Source of the DNA: an uncultured Fibrobacterales bacterium
GTDB taxonomy: Bacteria > Fibrobacterota > Fibrobacteria > Fibrobacterales > CAWVXU01
DNA: 21,898 bases
Direction of reading: 5' to 3'
Assembly: GCA_963934255.1 (NCBI GenBank)
Contig: CAWVXU010000041.1
Coordinates: forward strand, 1-21,898
Shown here: positions 10,801-19,551 of the stretch, piece by piece
How the letters are laid out: every line of letters begins with the position of its first letter
Numbering within the stretch: the first letter of the stretch is position 1
Translations under genes and position numbers: made by a program
The notes under the pieces: model-generated
What the model was told of the DNA's origin: nothing
Database searches by the model: none
Seen by the model: only the letters and a program-made list of their open reading frames with translations

Positions 10801-13485
10801 TTGATCTGTTAAGAGCATCCCTCGAGCGGCATCTCCGCGGGGTGTTTTTATACCCACATAAGTATCATAAGGGTGTATGATCCTTTTTTCAAACCTTGAG
10901 CTTTGACCTCCATTTTCACTGACCTCTGCTTCAAAAAGAACGCTCACTTGTCCTGGTGATTTGCTAATGTCATTGATTTTTACTTGGTGGGTAAATTTTC
11001 CCTTGGAATTTAATCTTCCTTCGGCAATTTGTGTTTTGGTCATGGAGTGATTACGTAGTAGATCATCAAAGTGATAGCCCTCGGACTGAGGGATATTAGT
11101 ACTCATGGATTGAGTTGTCATATAAAGCCTAGCCTGGAGTCCAGAAGCACTCGCCCCATGAAGGTATTGGCTTTGGATTGATACCTTGGTGTTATTGTAA
11201 ATACGATTTCTGAGTGTCTCACCATTCTTATCTTTAAAGTCAAGTTTCACCTTCAGACGATTGGGCTTGACTTTAGCAATTTTAAGGGTCTTTTTAAAAA
11301 CTTCACCACCTAGATGAGCTTCCCAAGTGTAGTTACCAGTCACTGCTTGTATTGAGGTTGCCACTCTCCAAACATAAAATCCATTGAGTGATTCTCGTAA
11401 AACAGCTTCTTGAATCGTATTACCTTGAGGGTTTTTTAGTCTCATTTTGACACCAATCCCACTGGGTAATTTATTTTCTTTATCAAAAACTATAGAACTT
11501 AAATAGAGAGAATCACCGGGTCGCCAAACGCCCCGTTCACCGTATTGATACACTTGAATTCCATCACTGACAGAAGAGCCTTTAATGTCAAAATTAGAAA
11601 CACTCAGAGAAAGAGAATTTTTGAGTTTCAGCCAATTTCGATCATCTTGGTATTGCGCTTCGATAAGAAATATTTCTTTATCCTGATTAAATTCGACCAC
11701 GCCTTCTTGATTCGTTTTCTTCTCTTCTAAAACTCGTCCTTGGTAGTTTTTTATTTTAACAATCACGCCGCTAAGGGGCTTGGCAGAAAGAATATCACGA
11801 ACACTTATCGTAATATTTTTGTGGTCTGCAGACTTAGCGATGATACTCAAATCACTAGCAACAATATTTTTAGTGCCCTTTGTTTGTGAAGAGTAATAAG
11901 CTGGGTGACAAGGGTTATTATTATTGTCCCACCACGAGCCATAATTATTATAATCCCAAAAGCTAGGCTCAATATCTTCAGCAGGTGGGATGAAGTTCTG
12001 GATAAAAGAAGAATCTTTACAAGTGTAATTAATTTGATTGGGATGAAAACTAGTCTTAAAAATTAACAATTCACCTTTATTCTCTAGCAGTATACTATCA
12101 ATGGGGTATGAATAATGATCACCCTCGTGGGAGAGTTGATCGATAGAGACTTTTTTGGAAATAATCAATTCACCATTGCGGTGCATTTGACTGGTCCCGT
12201 TGAGAGAGTTCACTTGAAAGTGGTGAGTAATGTTACTTGCTGAGACGCTATAAACTTTGAGATTAAATTCTTTGAGCCCTATTGATTCAATAAATAATTT
12301 GGGTTTAACTGTTCTTGAAGGTAATATATTGCCTTTATGTAAAATTTTAATCGATGGTTTTTTAAAAACTTGTTGGATGTTGATTGAAAGATTTTGATCA
12401 AGCTTCACCTTATTAGTATTCATGAGTAGTTGGTTGATTTTAAGATTGTTTCGACGTTGATATGGATTTGGTCCAAATATTTTAATTTGTGAACCAAGCT
12501 TTTCGATCTTTTTCAAGTTATTCATTCGAATCAATCCATCAATGTTTTGTTGGGTGTTAATTAAATGAGAAAAACTGAGAAGGACATGCGGATTTGAAGA
12601 TTCAACCCAACGATGATCAATGAGTGTAAACCTTGAAGAACTAGGTATTGGGATTTTTTTAACGTAGTCAGTATTTCTATCAAAGCCCTCTGAATTTATT
12701 TGTATTTGTATTTTTGATTCTTTGGACTCAAAATGAATATTGTGAATCGTAAATTGAAACATTTTTCCCTTTTCGTTGCCAGACCATTCAATACGAGTGT
12801 CCGCATCCATTGAAGTTGAAAACTGGGATTTGATTTTAGACATTTCTGTTATAAATGAAGTTTCAATTGTGCCTTGAAGTTGAAATACCTCAGGTTTTCG
12901 GATGGTTTGCGGTGCTTGAATTGGCCAATAATCTTTTGAACTATTAGGCGCGGGAATGAGAGGATTTATATGGACTTTAAAATCTCTCGGGTTGACTTGT
13001 TGGTTCCATGTCAGGTAATTTGCTGTTTGATTTTTGAAAATTTCGAGCCTGAGTGCGAATTGATAATTTGTTTTTGTTTTAAATTCGGAGGTAGCTCTTA
13101 TGTATAACTTTGATTTATTAATAGAACAAACTAATTGGGTCTCAGGGAAGACGAGGACTGGACATGATTTTAATTCTTGTGGACTGAGGTCGGCGAGTTT
13201 ATAAAAATCTTTCAAATCAGAAAGACCGATCTCACCTAGTTTAACCCAAGCTGCACCATTGGGCTCTAGTGAGCCAAAGGAGTGTGTGCTGATGATATTA
13301 AGAAGTTCGGGGTCACCGAGTTTGGCTTTGGTCTCAGATTGAAGTTTGGCTTCAAGGTCTTGTTCTGAACAACCAATGAGTATGTAGATAAAGAAACTGA
13401 GGATGAAAACACTCAAATTCTGAACGGAATAATTCATGTGAAATGTTCCAGGTTGAATGTCTTTATTATCTGATGTGACTTGCAT
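7846..13485 (-). CDS. yfhM: Bacterial alpha-2-macroglobulin (lipoprotein, YfhM-like)
   Basis: 1879 aa, lipobox-like ILIGC, MG2 motif ERGVWRPGD, VDEGIL, intact thioester motif YPYGCVEQ (CVEQ at 9190-9201) and C-terminal DIRDDRV. The A2M-pbpC pairing is the established arrangement. Alternative start at 13437. Confidence 0.95.
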   Translation of the reverse strand: MQVTSDNKDIQPGTFHMNYSVQNLSVFILSFFIYILIGCSEQDLEAKLQSETKAKLGDPELLNIISTHSFGSLEPNGAAWVKLGEIGLSDLKDFYKLADLSPQELKSCPVLVFPETQLVCSINKSKLYIRATSEFKTKTNYQFALRLEIFKNQTANYLTWNQQVNPRDFKVHINPLIPAPNSSKDYWPIQAPQTIRKPEVFQLQGTIETSFITEMSKIKSQFSTSMDADTRIEWSGNEKGKMFQFTIHNIHFESKESKIQIQINSEGFDRNTDYVKKIPIPSSSRFTLIDHRWVESSNPHVLLSFSHLINTQQNIDGLIRMNNLKKIEKLGSQIKIFGPNPYQRRNNLKINQLLMNTNKVKLDQNLSINIQQVFKKPSIKILHKGNILPSRTVKPKLFIESIGLKEFNLKVYSVSASNITHHFQVNSLNGTSQMHRNGELIISKKVSIDQLSHEGDHYSYPIDSILLENKGELLIFKTSFHPNQINYTCKDSSFIQNFIPPAEDIEPSFWDYNNYGSWWDNNNNPCHPAYYSSQTKGTKNIVASDLSIIAKSADHKNITISVRDILSAKPLSGVIVKIKNYQGRVLEEKKTNQEGVVEFNQDKEIFLIEAQYQDDRNWLKLKNSLSLSVSNFDIKGSSVSDGIQVYQYGERGVWRPGDSLYLSSIVFDKENKLPSGIGVKMRLKNPQGNTIQEAVLRESLNGFYVWRVATSIQAVTGNYTWEAHLGGEVFKKTLKIAKVKPNRLKVKLDFKDKNGETLRNRIYNNTKVSIQSQYLHGASASGLQARLYMTTQSMSTNIPQSEGYHFDDLLRNHSMTKTQIAEGRLNSKGKFTHQVKINDISKSPGQVSVLFEAEVSENGGQSSRFEKRIIHPYDTYVGIKTPRGDAARGMLLTDQDQIIKVVAKKPDGSLTQLKEVDVSLYKLNWKWWWVKNEKNSTNYLSANGATLLTNSTIDLNKGTGDWKIRVNKPEWGRYLVRACDRIGKHCSSKIIFIDWPGWAGRAQESGNQGPQILAFASDKQTYNIGETVKIKVPSSDQGYFWVSLENGSRVLHQFWTPAKSGANEISLTIPPGSSPNAYISVVLVQPSQGKKNDLPLRLYGVIPIEIKDPVTLLEPIITHPESFKPLKKAHIEVSEKSGKSMSYTLAFVDEGILDLTNFTTPNPHHLFYKRQTLGVRTWDLYDQVMGAYEGNLDYLLSIGGGATNRAKQSAKRFKAMVRFAGPFHLKPGQKEKHSIELPSYVGSLRVMVVAADPRNKTFGSSDVAVPVRQDIMIQATLPRVLGPGEKVEVPLQIFNMGKKSEKVDWKIHTSDDFKSLADSWGQLTLEAQTDTIIMVPLQVANKIKKTKISFEAKSSSNISRDEIEIDIRTPVSFERNAENLVLAPGATHQFKGKISGYENHQHLSLTASINEPLNIEHRLKYLMGYPYGCVEQTTSKAFPQLYLNDLVDLVPDELDRIQTNISGAIKRLQTFRNSSGLLGYWAGQSKTHNWGSIYAAHFLVEAKKKGYLVDPVFYKSLIKALKLQARKWRSPVDNILHYSSHRIQAYRLYVLALANELPNSTLNRFYQNKNLKDDIKWFLAATYHLKGSVGISKKIVESLSATTLENVHFDTQTLGSNLRNQSMLLEMMTTMNLSEPAFILGGELIKTVSSKNWHSTQSTAWALKSIAQWKKSQGKQSEIKLTAKKLNGIKSRKFSTNKSILREKVELNNSRYQFSLTNTSESPVHIQLLKEFHPELGLEKIIQKGISLTERFTNLAGKKMNIKNTAQGDDIILEIEAKNPSSLKMSHLALTKILPTGWEFAGLESHDQVYREGDYSDIRDDRVYYFFHLQPNETRKFRIPIKASYAGQYYHSGAYIEHMYNLNIQARTSGSWVKVIHNP

Positions 13486-13696
13486 AATGCCCCCAAAGTC
13501 TATGATGTTTTGTATTCAAACAAACTTAATAGGAAAAAAATAGTAAAATGGCCCTTGTGATTGTTGCAAATCAATTAGCTAATACAATTGCTCATTTTTA
13601 ATTAGACTCTAAAAATGAATCAAATGCCTTCTGAATTTTAGAGGTCGTTTTTTGTCTAGTGGTTATTGAGTAACTATTTACAGTTAAATTTCAATC

Positions 13697-14554
13697 CTAA
13701 GATTTTAAGGCCTTAGCTCTTAATCTTATATCCATTGCTCTTGGTACTTCCTTTTTGACAGGGTTTCTCAATGCGTGACGAATGACCCATCTTAGCTCGT
13801 TGTTTGCATCCACTAGCCACTCTTCACACAAGTTAAGCGCCAGTTCCAAGTGGTCCTTAGCGATATCTCCAATATGATTAGCTACACTTCTTCTAACGTA
13901 AAGGTCTGGATCATTTTTAAGAGACTCTAAAATTTCAATCACCGGAGAAGGGTCTTGAGCAAACTGGGGAATCCTCGTAGCCCATGGTAATCTCGATCTA
14001 CTTCCTTCAGAACAAAGCCTTCTCACATGAGGGCTCGTGTCACTGAGCCATTTATTTAAAAATGTCAGAGTGCGCTCAGGTTCTTGAATAATAAAAGGCC
14101 GAATCGCAAATTCTGAAGTGAATCTTTGAGTGAGTTCATACTGAGCATTCATAGATGCTTCAAAAGGGTCGCGTCCTTGATTGAACTGAGGGTCTAGGCC
14201 AAATTGACTGATGTAAAATGAATGGGGTAAATAGAACATACCAGAAAGACCGAGATCACTAGTGCTTGTTAGCTTTTCGGTAAATGTTCTCACCAAAATA
14301 TCAAGACCTGATTCATAGGGTTTTGGAAGAAACTCAAAAAGGTGATTTGCAATTTTTTTACCACGGTCCATAATGCCAAGTTTATCTAGACCCATAAGAC
14401 AAGCAAGGACAAATTCTTTAGAATCGAATTTTGGGTATACTTGAAATATATTACTCGATAGAATATCAAGTGAATTTATATTCAACAATTCTTTAAGTGG
14501 GACACCTTTTTGAATTGAGCGAGGAGCATCGGGTAATTTCATTTTATAAGACAT
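13697..14554 (-). CDS. DNA alkylation repair protein, AlkC-like HEAT-repeat 3-methyladenine glycosylase
   Basis: ELTQRFTSEFAIRPFI, HVRRLCSEGSRSRLPW and LKNDPDLYVRRSVANHIGDIAKD are characteristic of the COG4335/AlkC family. Confidence 0.85.
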   Translation of the reverse strand: MSYKMKLPDAPRSIQKGVPLKELLNINSLDILSSNIFQVYPKFDSKEFVLACLMGLDKLGIMDRGKKIANHLFEFLPKPYESGLDILVRTFTEKLTSTSDLGLSGMFYLPHSFYISQFGLDPQFNQGRDPFEASMNAQYELTQRFTSEFAIRPFIIQEPERTLTFLNKWLSDTSPHVRRLCSEGSRSRLPWATRIPQFAQDPSPVIEILESLKNDPDLYVRRSVANHIGDIAKDHLELALNLCEEWLVDANNELRWVIRHALRNPVKKEVPRAMDIRLRAKALKS

Positions 14555-14579
14555 GGCTGGGAGACCTAAGTTGAGTTCA

Positions 14580-14855
14580 CTAAGCTCGAAACAATTTAAA
14601 GTCTGCTACAAATGTCCCAAATGGTATTAAGGAAGACAGAAGTGCTAGTCCAATCGTCACAAGACTCCAAGAAAGTTGCCTGCCGACAATAAGTACAAGT
14701 AAACAGAAGTAGATAAACAATACACCATGGGCCATACCCATGTAGCGTGTAGGTTCAGGAATCTCATAGATATACTTCAGAGGCATACAGATTCCTATGA
14801 GTAATATGTAACTCATGCCTTCAATAAATCCGATGAGTCTTAAGTGCTTTAGCAT
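14580..14855 (-). CDS. DUF3817-family small membrane protein
   Basis: EGMSY.LL...MPLKY, GMAHGVLF..Y and S.IPFGTF motifs, three hydrophobic segments, GGAG SD. Confidence 0.9.
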   Translation of the reverse strand: MLKHLRLIGFIEGMSYILLIGICMPLKYIYEIPEPTRYMGMAHGVLFIYFCLLVLIVGRQLSWSLVTIGLALLSSLIPFGTFVADFKLFRA

Positions 14856-14916
14856 GAGTGCTCCAAGAGAAACTTCTGATGTACATAAATTTATTTTATT
14901 CTATGGCAAATGGATG

Positions 14917-14943
14917 AAAAAATTCCCTCTTCAATGAAGAGAG
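14917..14943 (-). terminator. Probable intrinsic terminator downstream of the deacetylase lipoprotein gene
   Basis: The minus strand reads CTCTCTTC-ATT-GAAGAGGG-AATTTTTT (8-bp stem with one G-U, then a T tract), about 57 nt after the stop at 15000. Confidence 0.5.
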
Positions 14944-14999
14944 CGTCATCAATGGCAGTTGGATTTTTATAATTCGATATATCGTTACTATTTGTCAAC

Positions 15000-16877
15000 T
15001 CAATTAGTTGTTCCAGCCTCGGCCTTATTTTGATTTAAATTTTCAAGATCTTTAACTTCTTGTGCGGCTTTTTCAATATCAAATATTGTGAGCGTTGCGA
15101 TACCACCGTCAGGGATGATATTCACTTGAGCAAGACCATTGTTTACTCCATATATTTGTTGTTGACTATTTTGATTTACCGTGAGGTAACTCCAAGTTGT
15201 TGGAACTTTTACCTCGACCGTCAGCGGGTGAACATAAACTCCATCTTCAACTTGATCTATTAAGTTGATAACTACACTCTGCTCGTCTTCAGAGATGACT
15301 CCCCACGATGCAGAACTCGCTTCTTTAATATATTGAATAATCGACGACATAGGCGCGACCCAAAGCTCACCTTTTTTTGATTTGTTGCTCAACCAATCAG
15401 TAAATTCAGTGAGCCAAATTTTAGAGAGACTATGGTAGCCTGGGTCACCGGCTAAGATACTATCTAGTGGAAGTACATCATGTGCAGTAAAGATATGCCA
15501 ATTGCCTTTTGCGATGACTTCATTCTCGATAAAATTTTGAATTTCATCTAGAATGATACGGTCATTGTCTTCGCTACGAGCCCGTGAAAATTGAACCACT
15601 CGACTATGAAGTTTTGTCCATGGAATTAAACTATCTATATGACTCATTGACGCCGGTGATCCGCTTCGAAGTGCTGGATAGTAGTGAGCTCCTTCGGCTT
15701 CTATTTGAAGATTGTGATCTACCATGGGGTAGGCATAAGATAAAACTCTATAATTAGGTATCTTAGACTCTAGGTTGGTTCTCGAACTCGCCAGTTGAAA
15801 TTGTACAGTGTTGGGTGCCGTTTCATCTCCAAATTCATATTTACTTAAAGCGTCTCCATCATGCCCAGCTAAATCGTGTCCTTTTCTTTGTAGGTCTAAA
15901 AAGTTTTCCCAATAACCAAACCTCCAAGTAGGTGCCGTGTTTTCATCTCCAAGATAATTGGTAATGAGGTAGAAGGTCGCTTTGATATCATGACGATCAA
16001 GAATAGGAGCTGTTTCCCGATAATGCGTTACAAGAGCGTCATCAAAAGTCAAAGCATAGGCGCCCTTTTTAAAACCATAATAAGGTGCGATTTTTTGGAT
16101 ACCGTATCGAGGATTTTCAAGATAGATGAGTGTATCAACTGTGGGTTGCCAGTTATTTTTGAAGTAGTCTGCCTTGTGATTACTTTTAGGTTTGATGTAT
16201 TCACCCTTCATCATCCATGAGACTTGATCAAGCTCAAGAGTACCTTCTTGACCATCAGCGTCAGTCATCATCCAATCAAGATGAGTTATAGTGTTGATAT
16301 CCCAATCAACTACTTGGCCCCAAGAGGGCTGCTGCATGTGCTTAAAAGGTATCTGTATGAGTTGCCATTCTTGACTACCCTGAACTTTGATTTCATAATG
16401 AGCATAGTCCTTGACACCAGAGATGCGGGCCACCAGAGTGTGAGCACTTCCTTTGGTCCAAAACTGTACACCTGATATTTGCTCTTTGTTAGCTTGTATT
16501 TGAGAGCCTGACATATTCAGTGAAAATCCAACAAAAGGATCCCATTTGAATGTACCCTTTTCCAGTTTGTAAGTAAACTTCATTGACCCGTGTGTCGTGT
16601 CGCTTGCGGGGGTGAGACTTTTGTAATCAGACGAATTTGGGTAAGTGTCTATCTTGGGGTGAATAGTGGAATTCCCACCATTGTCACTATCATTATAGGT
16701 AGTCCAGATACTTAAAGGTATTTCTGACTTGGTATCATGATGATTAAAATCATCAATTAAAGTATTGGCATATTGAGGAGTTCCTTGTTGAGTAGTAGGA
16801 GAGTCCGTACATGAGATAAAAAGCACGCTCATTAGTGCTGTTATGATACTGATAAATTTCAGAAAATGTAATTTCAT
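15000..16877 (-). CDS. Lipoprotein with CBM11/CIA30-like carbohydrate-binding domain and polysaccharide deacetylase (CE4/NodB) domain
   Basis: Signal peptide with lipobox LFISC. CBM11/CIA30-like segment (LIDDF...GVQFWTKG...WQLIQIPFKHMQQPSWG). NodB motifs ALTFDD, ATFYLIT, SYAYP, HDV. Start placed at 16877 because of a GAGG SD; the ORF track starts at 16892. Confidence 0.85.
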   Translation of the reverse strand: MKLHFLKFISIITALMSVLFISCTDSPTTQQGTPQYANTLIDDFNHHDTKSEIPLSIWTTYNDSDNGGNSTIHPKIDTYPNSSDYKSLTPASDTTHGSMKFTYKLEKGTFKWDPFVGFSLNMSGSQIQANKEQISGVQFWTKGSAHTLVARISGVKDYAHYEIKVQGSQEWQLIQIPFKHMQQPSWGQVVDWDINTITHLDWMMTDADGQEGTLELDQVSWMMKGEYIKPKSNHKADYFKNNWQPTVDTLIYLENPRYGIQKIAPYYGFKKGAYALTFDDALVTHYRETAPILDRHDIKATFYLITNYLGDENTAPTWRFGYWENFLDLQRKGHDLAGHDGDALSKYEFGDETAPNTVQFQLASSRTNLESKIPNYRVLSYAYPMVDHNLQIEAEGAHYYPALRSGSPASMSHIDSLIPWTKLHSRVVQFSRARSEDNDRIILDEIQNFIENEVIAKGNWHIFTAHDVLPLDSILAGDPGYHSLSKIWLTEFTDWLSNKSKKGELWVAPMSSIIQYIKEASSASWGVISEDEQSVVINLIDQVEDGVYVHPLTVEVKVPTTWSYLTVNQNSQQQIYGVNNGLAQVNIIPDGGIATLTIFDIEKAAQEVKDLENLNQNKAEAGTTN

Positions 16878-17285
16878 GGAGTCCTCGAGCATGTGTTTAT
16901 AAATTCTATATTGACAAAGCTACTCCCGAAAGAGGTAACTTACTTCTATTTTTGAGTAAAAACCTTCGCACTTTATGAAAATGATTCGTATTTGGCTCTA
17001 TTCTGTGGCATTCTCCAACTTCTAGAGGAGTAGAAAGACGCCAAGTGATTTTTATTGAGATTGAGAAGTCCGCCAATACTTGAATTGAGCATTTCATGTG
17101 AAGCTTTTACATCAACAAGTATGGGTAAGTTAGATAATACTTTGAGTGTAGAGCTCGCCTCGTAAATAAGATCGGGGTCATTTATGACACAAGTGTTGAC
17201 TTTTTGATAAAATAACTATGGGTTTTTAAAGTCTCATTAATTGGTAGTTTAGTAGCTTTTAATGAGTTGAGGTGAAGAGGGGTTT

Positions 17286-18173
17286 ATGTTAAAAGAGCAA
17301 CTATTTTTATTCTTTCGGGTGGCGCTGAATTTTGGTCATATATTCTGGGGTATCAATATTTTAATGATGACTGAGATTCTTGAGAATGCGATGTCAAAGA
17401 TTGCAGAATTTACTCCAGTGGAATTTCAAAATCAAATGTTTAAAGAAATGGGTTATGTTCCCGGAAGCGACATTGAAACTTGGTTTCGTCTATGGGGTGT
17501 GACAATAATCGTTCTTGCTGTAATTAATTCAATGAAGATGTCCAAAAATTTAAAACAACCAAAGATGTGGTTGCCTAGTCTTTGGGCTCTGCTTTTGATT
17601 GATATTTTATTTTACATCACTGTGTTGTGGCAAGGTATCCAAGTTAATGTATTGCACAATGGGCCCATATTTATAGCCCTCATAATTGGGACCCTGATAT
17701 GGGTATATCGACGCAGAAAAAAATGGGACATAAATTATCGTTCCGCCCTCTACCAATTAATGAATGATCAAGGGGAGTGGATTCGTTTCAAATTAGATGA
17801 ACATCTTGACTTAGATAGATATAAAAACCCTAGCGCCCTCATTGAAGCCCCAACTGATGAGTTAAAAGACAATTATGGCAGTGCGGTCATTTTTGCAGAT
17901 AATCCGAGATCTGAAATACTAAATGAAGAAACAAACAAACTTCGCCGTATTGATCTTAAAATTTTTTTAGACGAACAGAGTTATTTGTCTATTGAAGCTC
18001 GAGGTGGTGACCCCAGAAACGAATCATCTGATTCTGAGTGGCCATGGGAAGCCGGTTACTTTATCCAGAATATATCATATGAAGACGCTGTGAAATTAGG
18101 CAGAAAATTTGAGCAAAATGCCATTTTGTATCAAAAAGAAAATGAATTTATGAAACTTGTGTGGTGCTTATAA
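17286..18173 (+). CDS. Membrane protein with C-terminal DUF3293-like domain
   Basis: GAGGGG SD and 3-4 hydrophobic helices in the N-terminal half. The C-terminal A-D-N-P-R-S and W-E-x-G-Y...A-V-K-L-G-R-K-F-E-Q-N-A-I segments resemble DUF3293. Confidence 0.7.
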   Translation: MLKEQLFLFFRVALNFGHIFWGINILMMTEILENAMSKIAEFTPVEFQNQMFKEMGYVPGSDIETWFRLWGVTIIVLAVINSMKMSKNLKQPKMWLPSLWALLLIDILFYITVLWQGIQVNVLHNGPIFIALIIGTLIWVYRRRKKWDINYRSALYQLMNDQGEWIRFKLDEHLDLDRYKNPSALIEAPTDELKDNYGSAVIFADNPRSEILNEETNKLRRIDLKIFLDEQSYLSIEARGGDPRNESSDSEWPWEAGYFIQNISYEDAVKLGRKFEQNAILYQKENEFMKLVWCL

Positions 18174-18202
18174 ATGCAGACAAATAATCCAAAGTTACAA
18201 TC

Positions 18203-19141
18203 ATGAATTTAAGAGATCTAGAATACTTAGTTGCCCTAGAGAATCACCGGCATTTTGGTCAAGCTGCAAAAGCCTGTTTTGTCTCTCAACCCACTCTCAG
18301 TGGTCAGCTCAAAAAACTTCGAGATGAACTCGGTGTGGACCTACTAGAAAGTACTCCTCGTAAAGTCCTATTTACTGAAGCTGGGATGGCCATTGTCAAG
18401 CAGGCTCAAAGAACTTTATTTGAAGCAAAAGAAATAGAAACGATCGCGCAAAATTTTCGCGACCCTTTTTCTGGCAAAGTAAAAATAGCGAGTATCCCAA
18501 CTGTGGGACCATTTTTATTTCCATTAGTGATTCAAGCTTGGAAAATTAAGTTCCCTAAGTTGAGTTTTGAATTATTAGAACTTAAAACAGATGAAATTTT
18601 GAGTGCATTAAAACGAGGTGAAATTGATTTAGGAATATTGGCATTACCGCTACACGAGTCATCATTAAAAGAAGAAGTGATATATCAGGAGCAGTTTGTA
18701 CTGATGTCACATTCCTCACGCCAAGTCGGTAAAGGTAAAATAAATCTAGAGTGGTTTAAAAAACAAGAGTTGATGCTTTTATCTGAAGGGCATTGTTTTA
18801 AAGATCAAGCTTTACAAGTTTGTTCACAATATGACACCAACCATAGAAGCGATTTTTTTGGAACGAGTCTTTTGACTTTAAAGTCAATGGTTGAGATGGA
18901 TGAAGGAGTGACTTTAGTTCCTCACCTAGCTTATCGTGAATGGTCAAATCAAGCAACTCATAGTGAAATTTGTTTTCACCATTTCCCCTCACCTGCACCT
19001 GTAAGAGATGTGGGACTTATCTATCGAGAAGGGTCGATACGCATAGGGCTATTTGAGCAATTAAAATCAATATCTCTCAACATGGTCACTCAAGCCATGG
19101 GTAAAGCCCCAAGATTAAAGAATGCTATTAGCTTAAAATAA
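18203..19141 (+). CDS. oxyR: Hydrogen peroxide-inducible LysR regulator OxyR
   Basis: MNLRDLEYLVAL...HFGQAAKACFVSQPTLSGQLKKL HTH, IPTVGP, and the redox Cys pair EGHCFKDQALQVC (C-x8-C, equivalent to E. coli C199/C208). Confidence 0.93.
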   Translation: MNLRDLEYLVALENHRHFGQAAKACFVSQPTLSGQLKKLRDELGVDLLESTPRKVLFTEAGMAIVKQAQRTLFEAKEIETIAQNFRDPFSGKVKIASIPTVGPFLFPLVIQAWKIKFPKLSFELLELKTDEILSALKRGEIDLGILALPLHESSLKEEVIYQEQFVLMSHSSRQVGKGKINLEWFKKQELMLLSEGHCFKDQALQVCSQYDTNHRSDFFGTSLLTLKSMVEMDEGVTLVPHLAYREWSNQATHSEICFHHFPSPAPVRDVGLIYREGSIRIGLFEQLKSISLNMVTQAMGKAPRLKNAISLK

Positions 19142-19389
19142 GATATTGTCTTTTAAACACTTTGTTAAAAACATTGGTAAGAACGTCTAATTGAGTCTTG
19201 CTATTATCAAATGGTTTTGTTTGGAGCCAGTATGATAAGATAGGAATGTGTCGCTTTTTAGTATTATCCATCAGCTATTCGGTCCTTATTTTAACTGCCT
19301 TAAGCTGAAAGACTCAAAGAATCCTCACCAAAACAACAAAATCAAAATTTCCCCAAATAATATTTTTAAAGAAAAATCCACAAATACCC

Positions 19390-19418
19390 TTGAAAAACCT
19401 TTAAACTAAATCTAGACT
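19390..19418 (+). promoter_or_regulatory. Candidate sigma70 promoter upstream of leader ORF A
   Basis: TTGAAA (19390-19395), a 17-nt spacer, then TAGACT (19413-19418). The AT-rich context makes a chance match possible. Confidence 0.45.
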
Positions 19419-19551
19419 TAATCTCAATCTTAACTAATAGCAGAGCCCTTGAGGATACATTTTGTATAATTTTTACCGAGAGAGCCGGCGAACCCGATTG
19501 GTTCATGAGCTCAGGACAAATTTTGAAGAAATATTCTAAAGAAGTATCAAA

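Noticed and set aside
5510..13485. Alpha-2-macroglobulin-pbpC pair as a novel system
   Set aside because: This is a well-established conserved operon (E. coli yfhM-pbpC type) with canonical motifs intact.
13626..13654. Plus-strand hairpin followed by a T tract
   Set aside because: The stem is bulged and weak, and both flanking genes are on the minus strand.
16912..17045. Small hairpins (TACTCCC-GAAA-GAGGTA and TGGC...GCCA) suggesting a c-di-GMP-type riboswitch
   Set aside because: The stems are weak and the downstream GCAAAGC/P2 elements are not in the required order. The overlapping 63-aa ORF 16906-17097 is also unsupported.
1243..18998. Remaining short ORF-track entries overlapping larger genes (1243, 1339, 2393, 3144, 4512, 11545, 15060, 15990, 16224, 18798; also 21659)
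   Set aside because: They are antisense or off-frame shadows of well-supported genes with no recognisable motifs.
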